DNA from: Acidobacteriota bacterium
GTDB lineage: Bacteria; Acidobacteriota; UBA890; WLXD01
Direction: 5' to 3'
Assembly: GCA_963666215.2 (NCBI GenBank)
Contig: CAXWPL010000003.1
Location: forward strand, 64,001-128,000
Length of the DNA stretch: 64,000 nucleotides
The position numbers were made by a program, and so were the translations under genes. Positions 18,548 through 27,484 of this stretch are shown piece by piece (position 1 is the first letter of the stretch; each line of letters begins with the position of its first letter). The notes under the pieces were generated by a model that saw only the letters and a program-made list of their open reading frames with translations, was not told where the DNA came from and did no database searches.

Positions 18548-21304
18548 CTACCGATTCTGCCCCTCTCCATACGAAATCGGCTGGCCCGGGTCGGGGCGGA
18601 TGCCGTGCTCGTCGAGAAGCCTGTAGAGGGCAGGCATGTGGCCGGTGATCAGCGCGTTGACGCGTTCGATCACCGGTCCGAGGTTCTCCTTCGCCCGCTC
18701 CAGGGTGTAGAGCTGGTCGTCGGTGGGCCGCGTTGTGGAGCGCTCGATTCCGAAAATCGCGAAAGCGCCGCGGCGCAGCGTCTGCAGTTCCGCCTGTACG
18801 TCGACGAGTTCCTCGTCAATCGTCTTGATGGCCTCGTCGATGGCCTCGTCGACCGCTTCGCGACCGTCAACCAATGCCTTGACGCTGTCGAGTTGCTCGC
18901 GGAGTCGCGTGGCTGCTCGGCCGGCCTCGAACTGCGGCCGTGCCAGCTCGTAGCCGTCCATCATCGCCTGTTGACGCACAGCCAGGTCGGCTTCGTTGAC
19001 CTCGACGCGCGGATCCAGCATCACGCTCACCGGTTGCAGCGGCTCGCTACCCGCAACGAGGCGCGCGCGATAGGTTCCGGGCATCACCCTGGGGCCTTGC
19101 GGCGTGCGGTTGAAGCGACCGCCGCCGCCGGCCGGCGGCTCGGCCTCGTAGGGCGGCGCCAATCGTAGGTCCCACACAACCTCGTGCACGCCGGCTCGCC
19201 CCGAGCCTTCGAGCGTCCGCACGACGTTGCCGTCGGCGTCCTCGATGGTCAGCTCGACGGTGATCGAGGCGTCGCCGTGGCCGTCTTCGTCGTCGGTCGA
19301 ACGCGGCCCGCGGCCGGGTCCTCCGCCACCCGGTCGACCTTCGGGGGGCCGGGCCTCCGATTCACCGCCGCGTCCTCCCTCGTCACCGTCGGCATTCTCA
19401 GCGTCGGCGGCGTCGGTGACGTCCTCGTTGTCCTCCGCGACCAGATCGGCCGGCAGGTAGTAGCGCAGCAGCGCACCGGTGCTCGGGTTGGGAGCGTCGT
19501 GCCGCGACAATGTTCCGGGCCCGGCCGTGCTGCCCATAATCTCTTCCTCGTCGCGGTCGATCGCCTTGGTGAGATCGGGGCTGATCTCGCGCCAGGTGTA
19601 GCCACGATCATTCGATCTCAGTAGCACGTTGCCGGCGGCGTAAATCGTTGACGAGTCGTGCTGCGAGATCGTGATCGGGCTGTTCCAGTTCCAGCGGTAC
19701 GGATCGGGCTCGCCGTCACCCTCCCCTTCCTCGTCCTCGCTCTCGCTACTCTCACCATCCACCTGTCGCGGCACCGGCCGGACGCTCTGGCGCTCCATCG
19801 CAGCCAGATTGATGCGCGTGATGTTTCCGTTCTGCGACTCGGCGAACATGATCGTCGGGTCGTTGGGATCGACCCGCGTGAAGAAGCCGTCGCCGCCGTT
19901 GACGTTGATCCAGTCGGCGTTGCGGATACCGCGCACATCGCGAGTGGCGCTCGGTGCGCCCCAGGAGCCGTTGTCCTGCAGGCCGCCGTACACCCAGTAG
20001 GGATCGCGCATGTCGACGCCGATCTCGTAGAACTGCGCCACCGGGAGGTTGTCGAGCACACGCCAAGTGTCGGAGCGATCGAAGCTGACGGCAACACCGC
20101 CGTCGCCGGCCAGAATCAGGTGGCCAGAATCGCTCGGATCGATCCACATCGCGTGAAAGTCGGAATGAACGTTGCGCGCGCCATCGTTGCGGAACGTGCG
20201 GCCGCCGTCTTCCGAAACAAACAGCTGCGCACCTAGCACGTAGATCCGCTGCACGTCGTTCGGGTCGACGCGAATCTGGCTGAAGTACATTGGCCTCGGG
20301 TTGGTGTCGCTCATCTGCTCCCACGTGGAGCCGCGGTCGAGCGAGCGATAGACGCCCGCACCGGGGGTCTCGTCGCCAGCCTCGCGAACGTCTGCCGAGA
20401 CGCGCCTCGCCTCGACGACCGCGAACACGACGTTGCTGTCGCGATGGAAGAAATCGACTCCGATGCGCCCCTTGTCACCCGCCGGCAGGCCTTCGGTGAG
20501 CTCCTCCCAGGTGCCTCCGCCGTCCGAACTGCGATAGAGCCCGCTGCCCGGGCCCCCGCCGACGAAACAGCAGGCCGAGCGACGTCTTTGGTACATCGCC
20601 GCGATGAGCGTGTCGGGGTCTCCAGGCGCCATCGCAAGATCGGTCGCCCCGGTGTTCTCGTCGACGTAGAGGACCTTCTCCCAGCTATCGCCGCCGTCGA
20701 GGGAACGGAAAACTCCGCGCTCTTCGGAAGGTGCCCATAAGTTGCCGCCGGCGGCGACGACGACCACGTCAGGGTCGGTTGGATGGATTACGATGCGCCC
20801 GATGTGCCGCGAGTCGCTGAGCCCTTTGTGCTTCCAAGTGCGGCTGCCGTCGATGGACTTGTACACGCCCGCGCCCCACGGTGAGCTTTGGCGATTGTTC
20901 GCCTCGCCGGTGCCAATCCACACGATGTTGGGGTTCGAAGGCGCGATCGTGACATCACCAATCGAATTCACGTCTTCGTTGTCGAAGAAGACCTCCCAGA
21001 TGGTGCCACGGTTCGTCGTCTTCCACAGGTTCCCGGTAACCGCGCCAGCGTAAAACGTGTCGCCGTCTACCGCCGCCAGATCGGCGATGCGCCCGCCCAT
21101 CACCGCGGGTCCGATGGTCCGCCAACTCAGCGCCGAGAGCAGCTCGAGGTCGATATCGGCGGTGCGAACGGCGTCGTCGGAAACCTCGTCACCGGCTTCA
21201 TCCGGCAAACCCGATCCGAACGGGGCGGCGACGGCCGGAAGCGTCGAAACCACCAGCAACGTCGCGGCCAGCAACCAACGCGAGGGAAAGAATCGAAGAG
21301 TCAT
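18548..21304 (-). CDS. BNR/VPS10 (Asp-box) beta-propeller glycosyl-hydrolase-like secreted protein, probably with an internal deletion
   Basis: Signal peptide, WRTIGPAVMGGRIAD, multiple S.D.G.TW boxes, YGGLQDNG, RWNWNSP and a C-terminal helical tail. TLSRHD joins directly to APNPSTGALLRYYL at about 19495. Confidence 0.85.
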   Translation of the reverse strand: MTLRFFPSRWLLAATLLVVSTLPAVAAPFGSGLPDEAGDEVSDDAVRTADIDLELLSALSWRTIGPAVMGGRIADLAAVDGDTFYAGAVTGNLWKTTNRGTIWEVFFDNEDVNSIGDVTIAPSNPNIVWIGTGEANNRQSSPWGAGVYKSIDGSRTWKHKGLSDSRHIGRIVIHPTDPDVVVVAAGGNLWAPSEERGVFRSLDGGDSWEKVLYVDENTGATDLAMAPGDPDTLIAAMYQRRRSACCFVGGGPGSGLYRSSDGGGTWEELTEGLPAGDKGRIGVDFFHRDSNVVFAVVEARRVSADVREAGDETPGAGVYRSLDRGSTWEQMSDTNPRPMYFSQIRVDPNDVQRIYVLGAQLFVSEDGGRTFRNDGARNVHSDFHAMWIDPSDSGHLILAGDGGVAVSFDRSDTWRVLDNLPVAQFYEIGVDMRDPYWVYGGLQDNGSWGAPSATRDVRGIRNADWINVNGGDGFFTRVDPNDPTIMFAESQNGNITRINLAAMERQSVRPVPRQVDGESSESEDEEGEGDGEPDPYRWNWNSPITISQHDSSTIYAAGNVLLRSNDRGYTWREISPDLTKAIDRDEEEIMGSTAGPGTLSRHDAPNPSTGALLRYYLPADLVAEDNEDVTDAADAENADGDEGGRGGESEARPPEGRPGGGGPGRGPRSTDDEDGHGDASITVELTIEDADGNVVRTLEGSGRAGVHEVVWDLRLAPPYEAEPPAGGGGRFNRTPQGPRVMPGTYRARLVAGSEPLQPVSVMLDPRVEVNEADLAVRQQAMMDGYELARPQFEAGRAATRLREQLDSVKALVDGREAVDEAIDEAIKTIDEELVDVQAELQTLRRGAFAIFGIERSTTRPTDDQLYTLERAKENLGPVIERVNALITGHMPALYRLLDEHGIRPDPGQPISYGEGQNR

Positions 21305-21331
21305 GGGGATCCATCCTTGGGTTTGCAGTCG

Positions 21332-21739
21332 TTAACGATCCACGAGGCGATACATGAACTTCAGGCCCGACCAATCTTCATCGACGGCGCAAATCTTGAC
21401 GTCCACCAGGCCGGCATCCAACCCGCTCCGTCGCACTTCCGCCTCGGCCAGGTCGCGATGCAGCGAGGACGACTTCTTGGGCCACGAGATCCACAACATG
21501 CCGTCCTTGGCAAGTGCGCGCTTGGCGCCGGGGAGACGTCGATGCAGCTCGACCGACCGCGAGCAGAAGCAATGGACGAAATTCATCTCGGAACCAGGCC
21601 GCGCCAGCTTGCGGACACCCTCGGGCAGTGTCCCGAGAAGACGCTCGTAGTGGGCCGGCGCCCCGACAAACGCCACGCGCATCCCGGGCTTGATACCGAG
21701 CTTCTTGATCAGCGGCGTTGCCGAATAGCCGGCGCTCAT
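21332..21739 (-). CDS. DUF3052-family protein
   Basis: GYSATPLIKKLGIK, LWISWPKKSS and GLVDVKICAVDEDWSGLKF. True start ATG 21739. Confidence 0.85.
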   Translation of the reverse strand: MSAGYSATPLIKKLGIKPGMRVAFVGAPAHYERLLGTLPEGVRKLARPGSEMNFVHCFCSRSVELHRRLPGAKRALAKDGMLWISWPKKSSSLHRDLAEAEVRRSGLDAGLVDVKICAVDEDWSGLKFMYRLVDR

Positions 21740-21895
21740 TCCGTTGCTCCCACGAGCCTCCTCGGACGGGCTGTGCAAGAATATCGTGCTGCTCTTGTCA
21801 GCATCGGTTCGGCACTTTGCCACACCGAATCCCTGTGGGGCCACCGAGCTGCTCCCCCGATCTGTTCTCGTAGTCTTGATCGCAGGTTTCGCCAT

Positions 21896-23194
21896 ATGTC
21901 CACCACCCCCCCTACGCCGCGCCGCCTCGTTGCTCGCCACCGTGGCTACCGCCGGTCTCCTGGCAGCGCCAACGCTCGCCGCCTCGATCAGCGGCGCCCA
22001 GTCCAACGCCGCCCCACAGGACTCCGACCTGTGGCTGCGCAACGCCAATGTGATCGACGCTGCCGCCGGCACGCTGCGCGCCAACGTCGACATCTTGGTG
22101 AGTCCTGAATCGGGCACGATCCGGAGCATTCGTCCGTCCGGCGGAGCGAGCGTCGAGCTCGATTCAGGGCAGGTCTCCGAGATCGATCTCGGCGGCCGCT
22201 ACGTCACTCCGGGGTTGATCGACGCTCACGTCCACATCGCGACGTTCGATCAAGCGCGCCGGGCGCTGCACTCGGGCGTGACCACGGCGCGCAGCATGGG
22301 CGTCGACCACTTTGCTGACGTCGGTTTGCGGGATCTCGCGGCACGCGGCGCCATTGAGGCTCCCGAGATTCTGGCGGCCGGCTACCACGTCCGCCCGCGC
22401 CCGGCCGACGCGTTCTTCATGGACTTCCCCGAGCTTGCCGATCTGCTCGAGAGCGGCGTGCACGGGCCGGATGCATTGCGCAGGATGGGTGAGGCGCTGG
22501 CCGCTCGAGGCGTTGACTTCATCAAGACGAACGCGACCGAGCGCGCCGGATTGCCAGAGACCGATCCCCGCAAGCCCTTCTACGACGAAGCGGAGCTCCA
22601 CGCGCTGGTAGAAACAGGATCCACCGCGGGCCTTGGAGTTGCGGCACACGCACACGGCGACGTCGGTGGCCGCGCGGCCGTGCTCGCCGGAGTGCGCAGC
22701 ATCGAGCACGGCACCTATCTGAGCCCCGAGACACTCACCCTGATGGCCGAGCGAGGCACGTATCTGGTGCCAACCATCGCGGTCGTGTTCGATCTCACCC
22801 AGCCGGGCGGCGACTACGACAACGCGGCGCTGCAGGTCCGCGGCCGCCACATGCTGCCGCGTATTCGCCAGACGGCCGCTGCCGCTTATCGCGCCGGCGT
22901 GTCGATTGTGGCGGCTACCGACACCGGGTACGGACCCCAGAGCACCGTCCGGCTCAGTCATGAGTTGCTCGAGCTCGTCGGCGTCGGCATGTCGAGGCCG
23001 AAGCGCTCGGGGCGGCGACGTACGTAGCCGCCGAGCTGCTGGGCATCGCGAATCGTACCGGCAGCATCGCCGCCGACATGGAGGCGGACCTGCTCGTCAT
23101 GGAGCGCAACCCACTGAACGACATCGGCGCGCTGCAGGATGTACTGGTGGTCATCAACGACGGGCGCGTGGCGCTGAACCGTCTCGGCTTTTGA
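21896..23194 (+). pseudogene. Secreted amidohydrolase (imidazolonepropionase/Xaa-Pro dipeptidase-like), frameshifted
   Basis: PGLIDAHVH, AHAHG, SIEHG and ATD motifs in ORF 21744..23027. The C-terminus (EALGAATYVAAELLG...GSIAADMEADLLV..NPL) continues in another frame after about 22994 to TGA 23194. ATG 21896 needs one fewer C in the C7 run at 21906-21912. Confidence 0.8.
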
Positions 23195-23215
23195 GCTGAC
23201 TGGAAGGACGACAAC

Positions 23216-25798
23216 GTGACACTCACTCCCCCGAACCCGAAGACCTACGAGAAGCTCGGCGCCTTCTACCTGGGCCGTGAATACGACCTGGGTAAGCGCG
23301 AGATGCGCGACGAGCTGCTCCTCTATGACTCCAAGGATCTGACCACGCACGCGGTTTGTGTGGGCATGACGGGGTCGGGCAAGACGGGGCTTTGCGTCAG
23401 CCTGCTCAAAGAAGCGGCGCTCGACGGCGTGCCGGCGCTCATCATCGATCCCAAGGGCGACCTGACCAACCTGCTGCTCACCTTCCCGCAGCTGCGCGGC
23501 CCCGATTTCGCACCGTGGATCAACGAGGACGACGCTCGCCGCAAGGGAATGTCGGCCAGCGAGTACGCCAATGCCCAGGCCAAGCTGTGGCGAGACGGCC
23601 TCGGGCAATGGGGACAGGACGGCGAGCGCATCGCGCAGCTCCGCCAGGCCGCCGACTTCGCGGTGTACACCCCTGGCAGTCATTCAGGCCGGCCGCTCTC
23701 GGTGCTGTCGTCGTTTGCCGCGCCACCGCCCGAGGTTCTCGGCGAGTCCGACCTGCTCCGCGACCAGGTGACTACGGCGGCCTCGAGCCTGTTGAGCCTG
23801 ATAGGCATCGACGCCGACCCGATCCGCTCGCGCGAGCACATCTTGCTGTCGACAATCATCGAATTCACCTGGAAAGAGCGCCGCGACCTCGACCTTGCCG
23901 GGCTGATTCAACTCATCCAGCGACCACCGGTGCAGCGCGTGGGTGTGCTGGATCTCGAGTCGTTCTATCCCGAGAAGGATCGCTTCAAGCTGGCGCTGCT
24001 GGTGAACAACCTACTGGCGTCGCCCGGTTTCTCGAGCTGGCTCGAAGGCGAGCCGATGGACGTCGGGCATTTGCTTTACACCCCCGAGGGCCGACCGCGA
24101 GTATCGATTGGAAATATCGCGCACCTCGGCGAGAAGGAGCGCATGTTCGTCGTCTCGCTGCTGGTCAACCAGATGCTCTCCTGGATGCGCAGTCGCTCGG
24201 GCACGACCAGCCTGCGCGCTCTCCTCTACATGGACGAGATCTTCGGCTACATGCCACCCGTGGCCGAACCCCCGTCGAAGCGACCACTGTTGACGATGCT
24301 CAAACAGGCCCGCGCGTACGGCGTAGGGGTCGTTCTCGCAACCCAGAACCCGGTCGACCTCGACTACAAGGGCCTGTCGAACACCGGGACATGGTTCCTG
24401 GGACGCCTGCAAACCGATCGCGACAAGCAACGTGTGCTCGATGGCCTCGAGGGAGCAGCGGCCGGGTCTGAATCGTTCGATCGCGCGGCCATGGAGGAAA
24501 CGCTGGCCGGCCTCGGCAAACGAGTTTTCTTGATGCACAACGTGCATGACGAGGCGCCGGTGGTCTTCCACACGCGCTGGGCAATGTCGTATCTGCGTGG
24601 TCCCTTGACGCGATCCCAGCTCCGCCAACTCCATCAATCTGGTCCTGCAGTCGAGGTGGGGGTTGCCGCTGCCAGCGGCCAACCCGGTGTGGCAACGACT
24701 GTTTCCGGCGCTGCGTCAGCAGCGTTCTCGGCCCCGACGGGCCCGTCGATGTACGCCACTTCGACGCACGTCGCGACAGGACAAATGGGAGCTCAGCTCG
24801 TCGGCGAGGGACTCCATGCCGTCGCCCGCGCTGGCGCGCCCGATGCGGCCGCCGCCGCTCCGCTGCTGCCACCCGACGTCCGGCAAGTCTACTTTCCTCT
24901 CACGAGGGTCTCGGGCGCGCCCATCCGCTACCTGCCACAGCTCATGGGTCTGGCCAAGGTGCACTTCGTCGACACGCGCAAGGGCCTGCAGGCAAGCGAG
25001 CACCTCTGCCTGCTGACGTCGATCAACGTGGGCGCGGCTCTGGACGTCGACTGGGATGCCGCGACGCAGACCTCGGTCGACGCCGATCATTTCGGAGCGC
25101 GCCCGCCGGTGCCCGGACGCCATGCGGAGCTGCCGGCCGACGCCGCCCAAGCCAAGAGCTACACGCGCTGGAGCAAGGACTTCGGCAACTGGATCTATCG
25201 CAGCCGACGCTTCGAGCTGCTGCATAGCCCCAAGCTCAAGGAATACTCCAAGCCAGGCGAGAGCGAGCAGGACTTCCGTCTGCGACTCGGCGACCGCGGC
25301 CGCGAGGAGCGAGACGCTCAAATCGGGAAGTTGCGCAGGAAATACGCCTCCAAAACGAAGACGTTGCGCGACCGTGTTCGGCGCGCGGAGCTTGCCGTAG
25401 GCCGTGAGCAGGATGAGGCACGTGGGGCCAAGGTGCAGAGCGCGATCTCTTTCGGGACAACGATCCTCAGCGCGCTGCTCGGCCGCAGCGCGGTCAGCGC
25501 GACAACCCTCGGCAAGGCAACCACAGCAGCACGTGGCCTCGGTCGGGCAGCCGACCAAGCGAAAGATGTAGACGAGGCACGCGCCAACCTCGACGCTTAC
25601 ACGAAGCAGCTGCAAGACCTCGAGTCGGAGCTCGAGTCCGAAAGCGAGCGCCTTCGAGCGTTGCTCGATCCGATGCGCGAAGAATTCGACACGTTCTCGC
25701 TCAGACCGCGCAAGACCGACATCGACATCCGCCTGTTCGCGCTGGCCTGGACGCCACACGAGGAAGCCCCCGACGGACGCCTCACCCCCGCCTGGTAG
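23216..25798 (+). CDS. HerA/FtsK-superfamily ATPase (DUF87/DUF853-like) with C-terminal coiled coil
   Basis: Walker A GMTGSGKT, IIDPKGD, Walker B LLYMDE and KQARAYGVGVVLATQNP. Confidence 0.88.
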   Translation: MTLTPPNPKTYEKLGAFYLGREYDLGKREMRDELLLYDSKDLTTHAVCVGMTGSGKTGLCVSLLKEAALDGVPALIIDPKGDLTNLLLTFPQLRGPDFAPWINEDDARRKGMSASEYANAQAKLWRDGLGQWGQDGERIAQLRQAADFAVYTPGSHSGRPLSVLSSFAAPPPEVLGESDLLRDQVTTAASSLLSLIGIDADPIRSREHILLSTIIEFTWKERRDLDLAGLIQLIQRPPVQRVGVLDLESFYPEKDRFKLALLVNNLLASPGFSSWLEGEPMDVGHLLYTPEGRPRVSIGNIAHLGEKERMFVVSLLVNQMLSWMRSRSGTTSLRALLYMDEIFGYMPPVAEPPSKRPLLTMLKQARAYGVGVVLATQNPVDLDYKGLSNTGTWFLGRLQTDRDKQRVLDGLEGAAAGSESFDRAAMEETLAGLGKRVFLMHNVHDEAPVVFHTRWAMSYLRGPLTRSQLRQLHQSGPAVEVGVAAASGQPGVATTVSGAASAAFSAPTGPSMYATSTHVATGQMGAQLVGEGLHAVARAGAPDAAAAAPLLPPDVRQVYFPLTRVSGAPIRYLPQLMGLAKVHFVDTRKGLQASEHLCLLTSINVGAALDVDWDAATQTSVDADHFGARPPVPGRHAELPADAAQAKSYTRWSKDFGNWIYRSRRFELLHSPKLKEYSKPGESEQDFRLRLGDRGREERDAQIGKLRRKYASKTKTLRDRVRRAELAVGREQDEARGAKVQSAISFGTTILSALLGRSAVSATTLGKATTAARGLGRAADQAKDVDEARANLDAYTKQLQDLESELESESERLRALLDPMREEFDTFSLRPRKTDIDIRLFALAWTPHEEAPDGRLTPAW

Positions 25799-25869
25799 CT
25801 CGATCTGCCGAACCGATCTGTCGACAACAGGTCGATCGCGTACAATCGCAGCGGCCCGGAGGCCCCGAT

Positions 25870-26739
25870 ATGAGTACGTCATCTTCCAACAACGGCTGGA
25901 CAATCGAAGTCGGTTCCCACACCGACGTCGGCAAGGTGCGCAAACACAACGAGGACAATTCGGGTGTTGCGGAAGAAATCGGCCTCTACGTGGTGGCTGA
26001 CGGCATGGGCGGCCACCGCGCCGGCGAGCTGGCAAGCGCGATTGCGGTGGAGTCGCTCGTCGAGAGCCTGCGCGAACATGCCGACGAGCTCAACTGCTCC
26101 AACGACGCCAACGGGGTAGCCGGCGACCGCATCCTCGAGGGCTTTCGGCTGGCCAACCAGAAGATCATCGCCGACGCGACCGAGAATGCCGACCATCACG
26201 GCATGGGAACCACCATGACCGCGATCCTCGTGCAGGGCAGTGAGTTCTGGATCGGCCACGTCGGCGACTCCCGCGCCTTTCGAGTCCGCGACGGCCAGGC
26301 CGAGCAGCTCACCCTCGATCACTCGGTTGTCGCCGAGCAGGTGCGTCACGGCGTGATCACCGAGGAACAGGCCCATCACCACCCGCTGCGCAGCGTGTTG
26401 ACGCGCAGCCTGGGCACCGTCCACGAGCTCGAGGTCGACCTGGGACACGGCGAGCTCCAGGACGACGACGTGTTCCTGATTGCTTCGGACGGCCTGACCA
26501 ACTCCGTTGACCTCGGAACCATCTCCGAGACGGCAGCAGGTTCGTCGAGCGTTGACGAGCTCGCGGCCAACCTCGTGGCCGAGGCGCGCGAGCGCGACGG
26601 TAGCGACAACATCACGGCGGTTGTGCTCGCCTGCCACGCCGGCGACGGCGGCAACAGCGACGATCAGGCCACCGGATCCCCGGAAACGGGCGATCCTTCG
26701 GAGCCCAATTCAGCGTCGACCGCCTCCCCAGGCGCTTAG
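25870..26739 (+). CDS. PP2C-family Ser/Thr protein phosphatase (Stp1/PrpC-like)
   Basis: VRKHNED, VADGMGGH, MGTT, HVGDSRA, SDGL and DNIT. TACAAT at 25841 and GGAGG upstream. Confidence 0.93.
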   Translation: MSTSSSNNGWTIEVGSHTDVGKVRKHNEDNSGVAEEIGLYVVADGMGGHRAGELASAIAVESLVESLREHADELNCSNDANGVAGDRILEGFRLANQKIIADATENADHHGMGTTMTAILVQGSEFWIGHVGDSRAFRVRDGQAEQLTLDHSVVAEQVRHGVITEEQAHHHPLRSVLTRSLGTVHELEVDLGHGELQDDDVFLIASDGLTNSVDLGTISETAAGSSSVDELAANLVAEARERDGSDNITAVVLACHAGDGGNSDDQATGSPETGDPSEPNSASTASPGA

Positions 26740-26746
26740 CGCTTGG

Positions 26747-26779
26747 CGCCTGCGCCGTCCTCGACAACGGCGTGCAGGC
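26747..26779. terminator. GC-rich hairpin after the phosphatase gene
   Basis: GCCTGC-GCCGT...ACGGC-GT-GCAGGC imperfect stem with no U-tract. Confidence 0.3.
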
Positions 26780-27007
26780 CCGCTGGCCCCTTCTGTGCGG
26801 GCGCTTCAGCGAAGTTGGCGCGCGACGGCGGCATGAACTATCGGTGGGCCGCGTCGGTCACAAGATCCGTGCGCTCATTGTGCGGAGGACCGTCTGCGCG
26901 AGACAATCAGCGATCGTTGCCTCCCCCGGGCGGACCTGCGCAATGGAATTTTCGACGAACGGGCGGAAATCTGCGGCTGGCGGCCTTCTGATCAGATTAG
27001 GTACCCC

Positions 27008-27450
27008 ATGAACGCGTTGATCGACTTTTCAGTGCGTCGCCCGGTGGCCATCGCGATGATGTACTGCGCGCTGGCGTTGATGGCGTACGCGGCATGGATC
27101 AACCTCCCCGTCGATGTCGTGCCTACCGGCGAGTTTCCGCAGGTCGTTGTCTCCACGACTTGGAGCGGCGCTTCGCCCGAGTCGATCCAAACCGAGATCA
27201 CGAGCCCGATCGAATCCGTCGCGATCACTATCCCTGGGGTCCACAAGGTCAGCTCGGTCTCCCGCCGCGGTGCGTCTCAGGTCACGATCGAGTTCAACGA
27301 AGACGCCAATATCGGATTGGCGCGATTCGAGCTCAGCGACCGCCTGTCTCTCTTGCGGCCCGATCTGCCCGTGGAGGCAGAGGCTCCACAGGTTTCCAAC
27401 GACTTGCCGTACGAGTTCGCCGAGTTCGGCAACAGCACGTTCTTCGAGTT
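27008..27450 (+). pseudogene. RND efflux permease (AcrB/AcrD/AcrF family), N-terminal fragment
   Basis: FSVRRPVA, LPVDVVP...PQVVVSTTWSGASPESIQTEITSPIE, VSSVSRRGASQVTIEF and LRPDLP. Homology ends after about 145 aa and the frame then runs antisense into lhr. Confidence 0.85.
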
Positions 27451-27484
27451 CAGTCCAAGCCTTGTTGCGGCGAACCGTTTCGCG

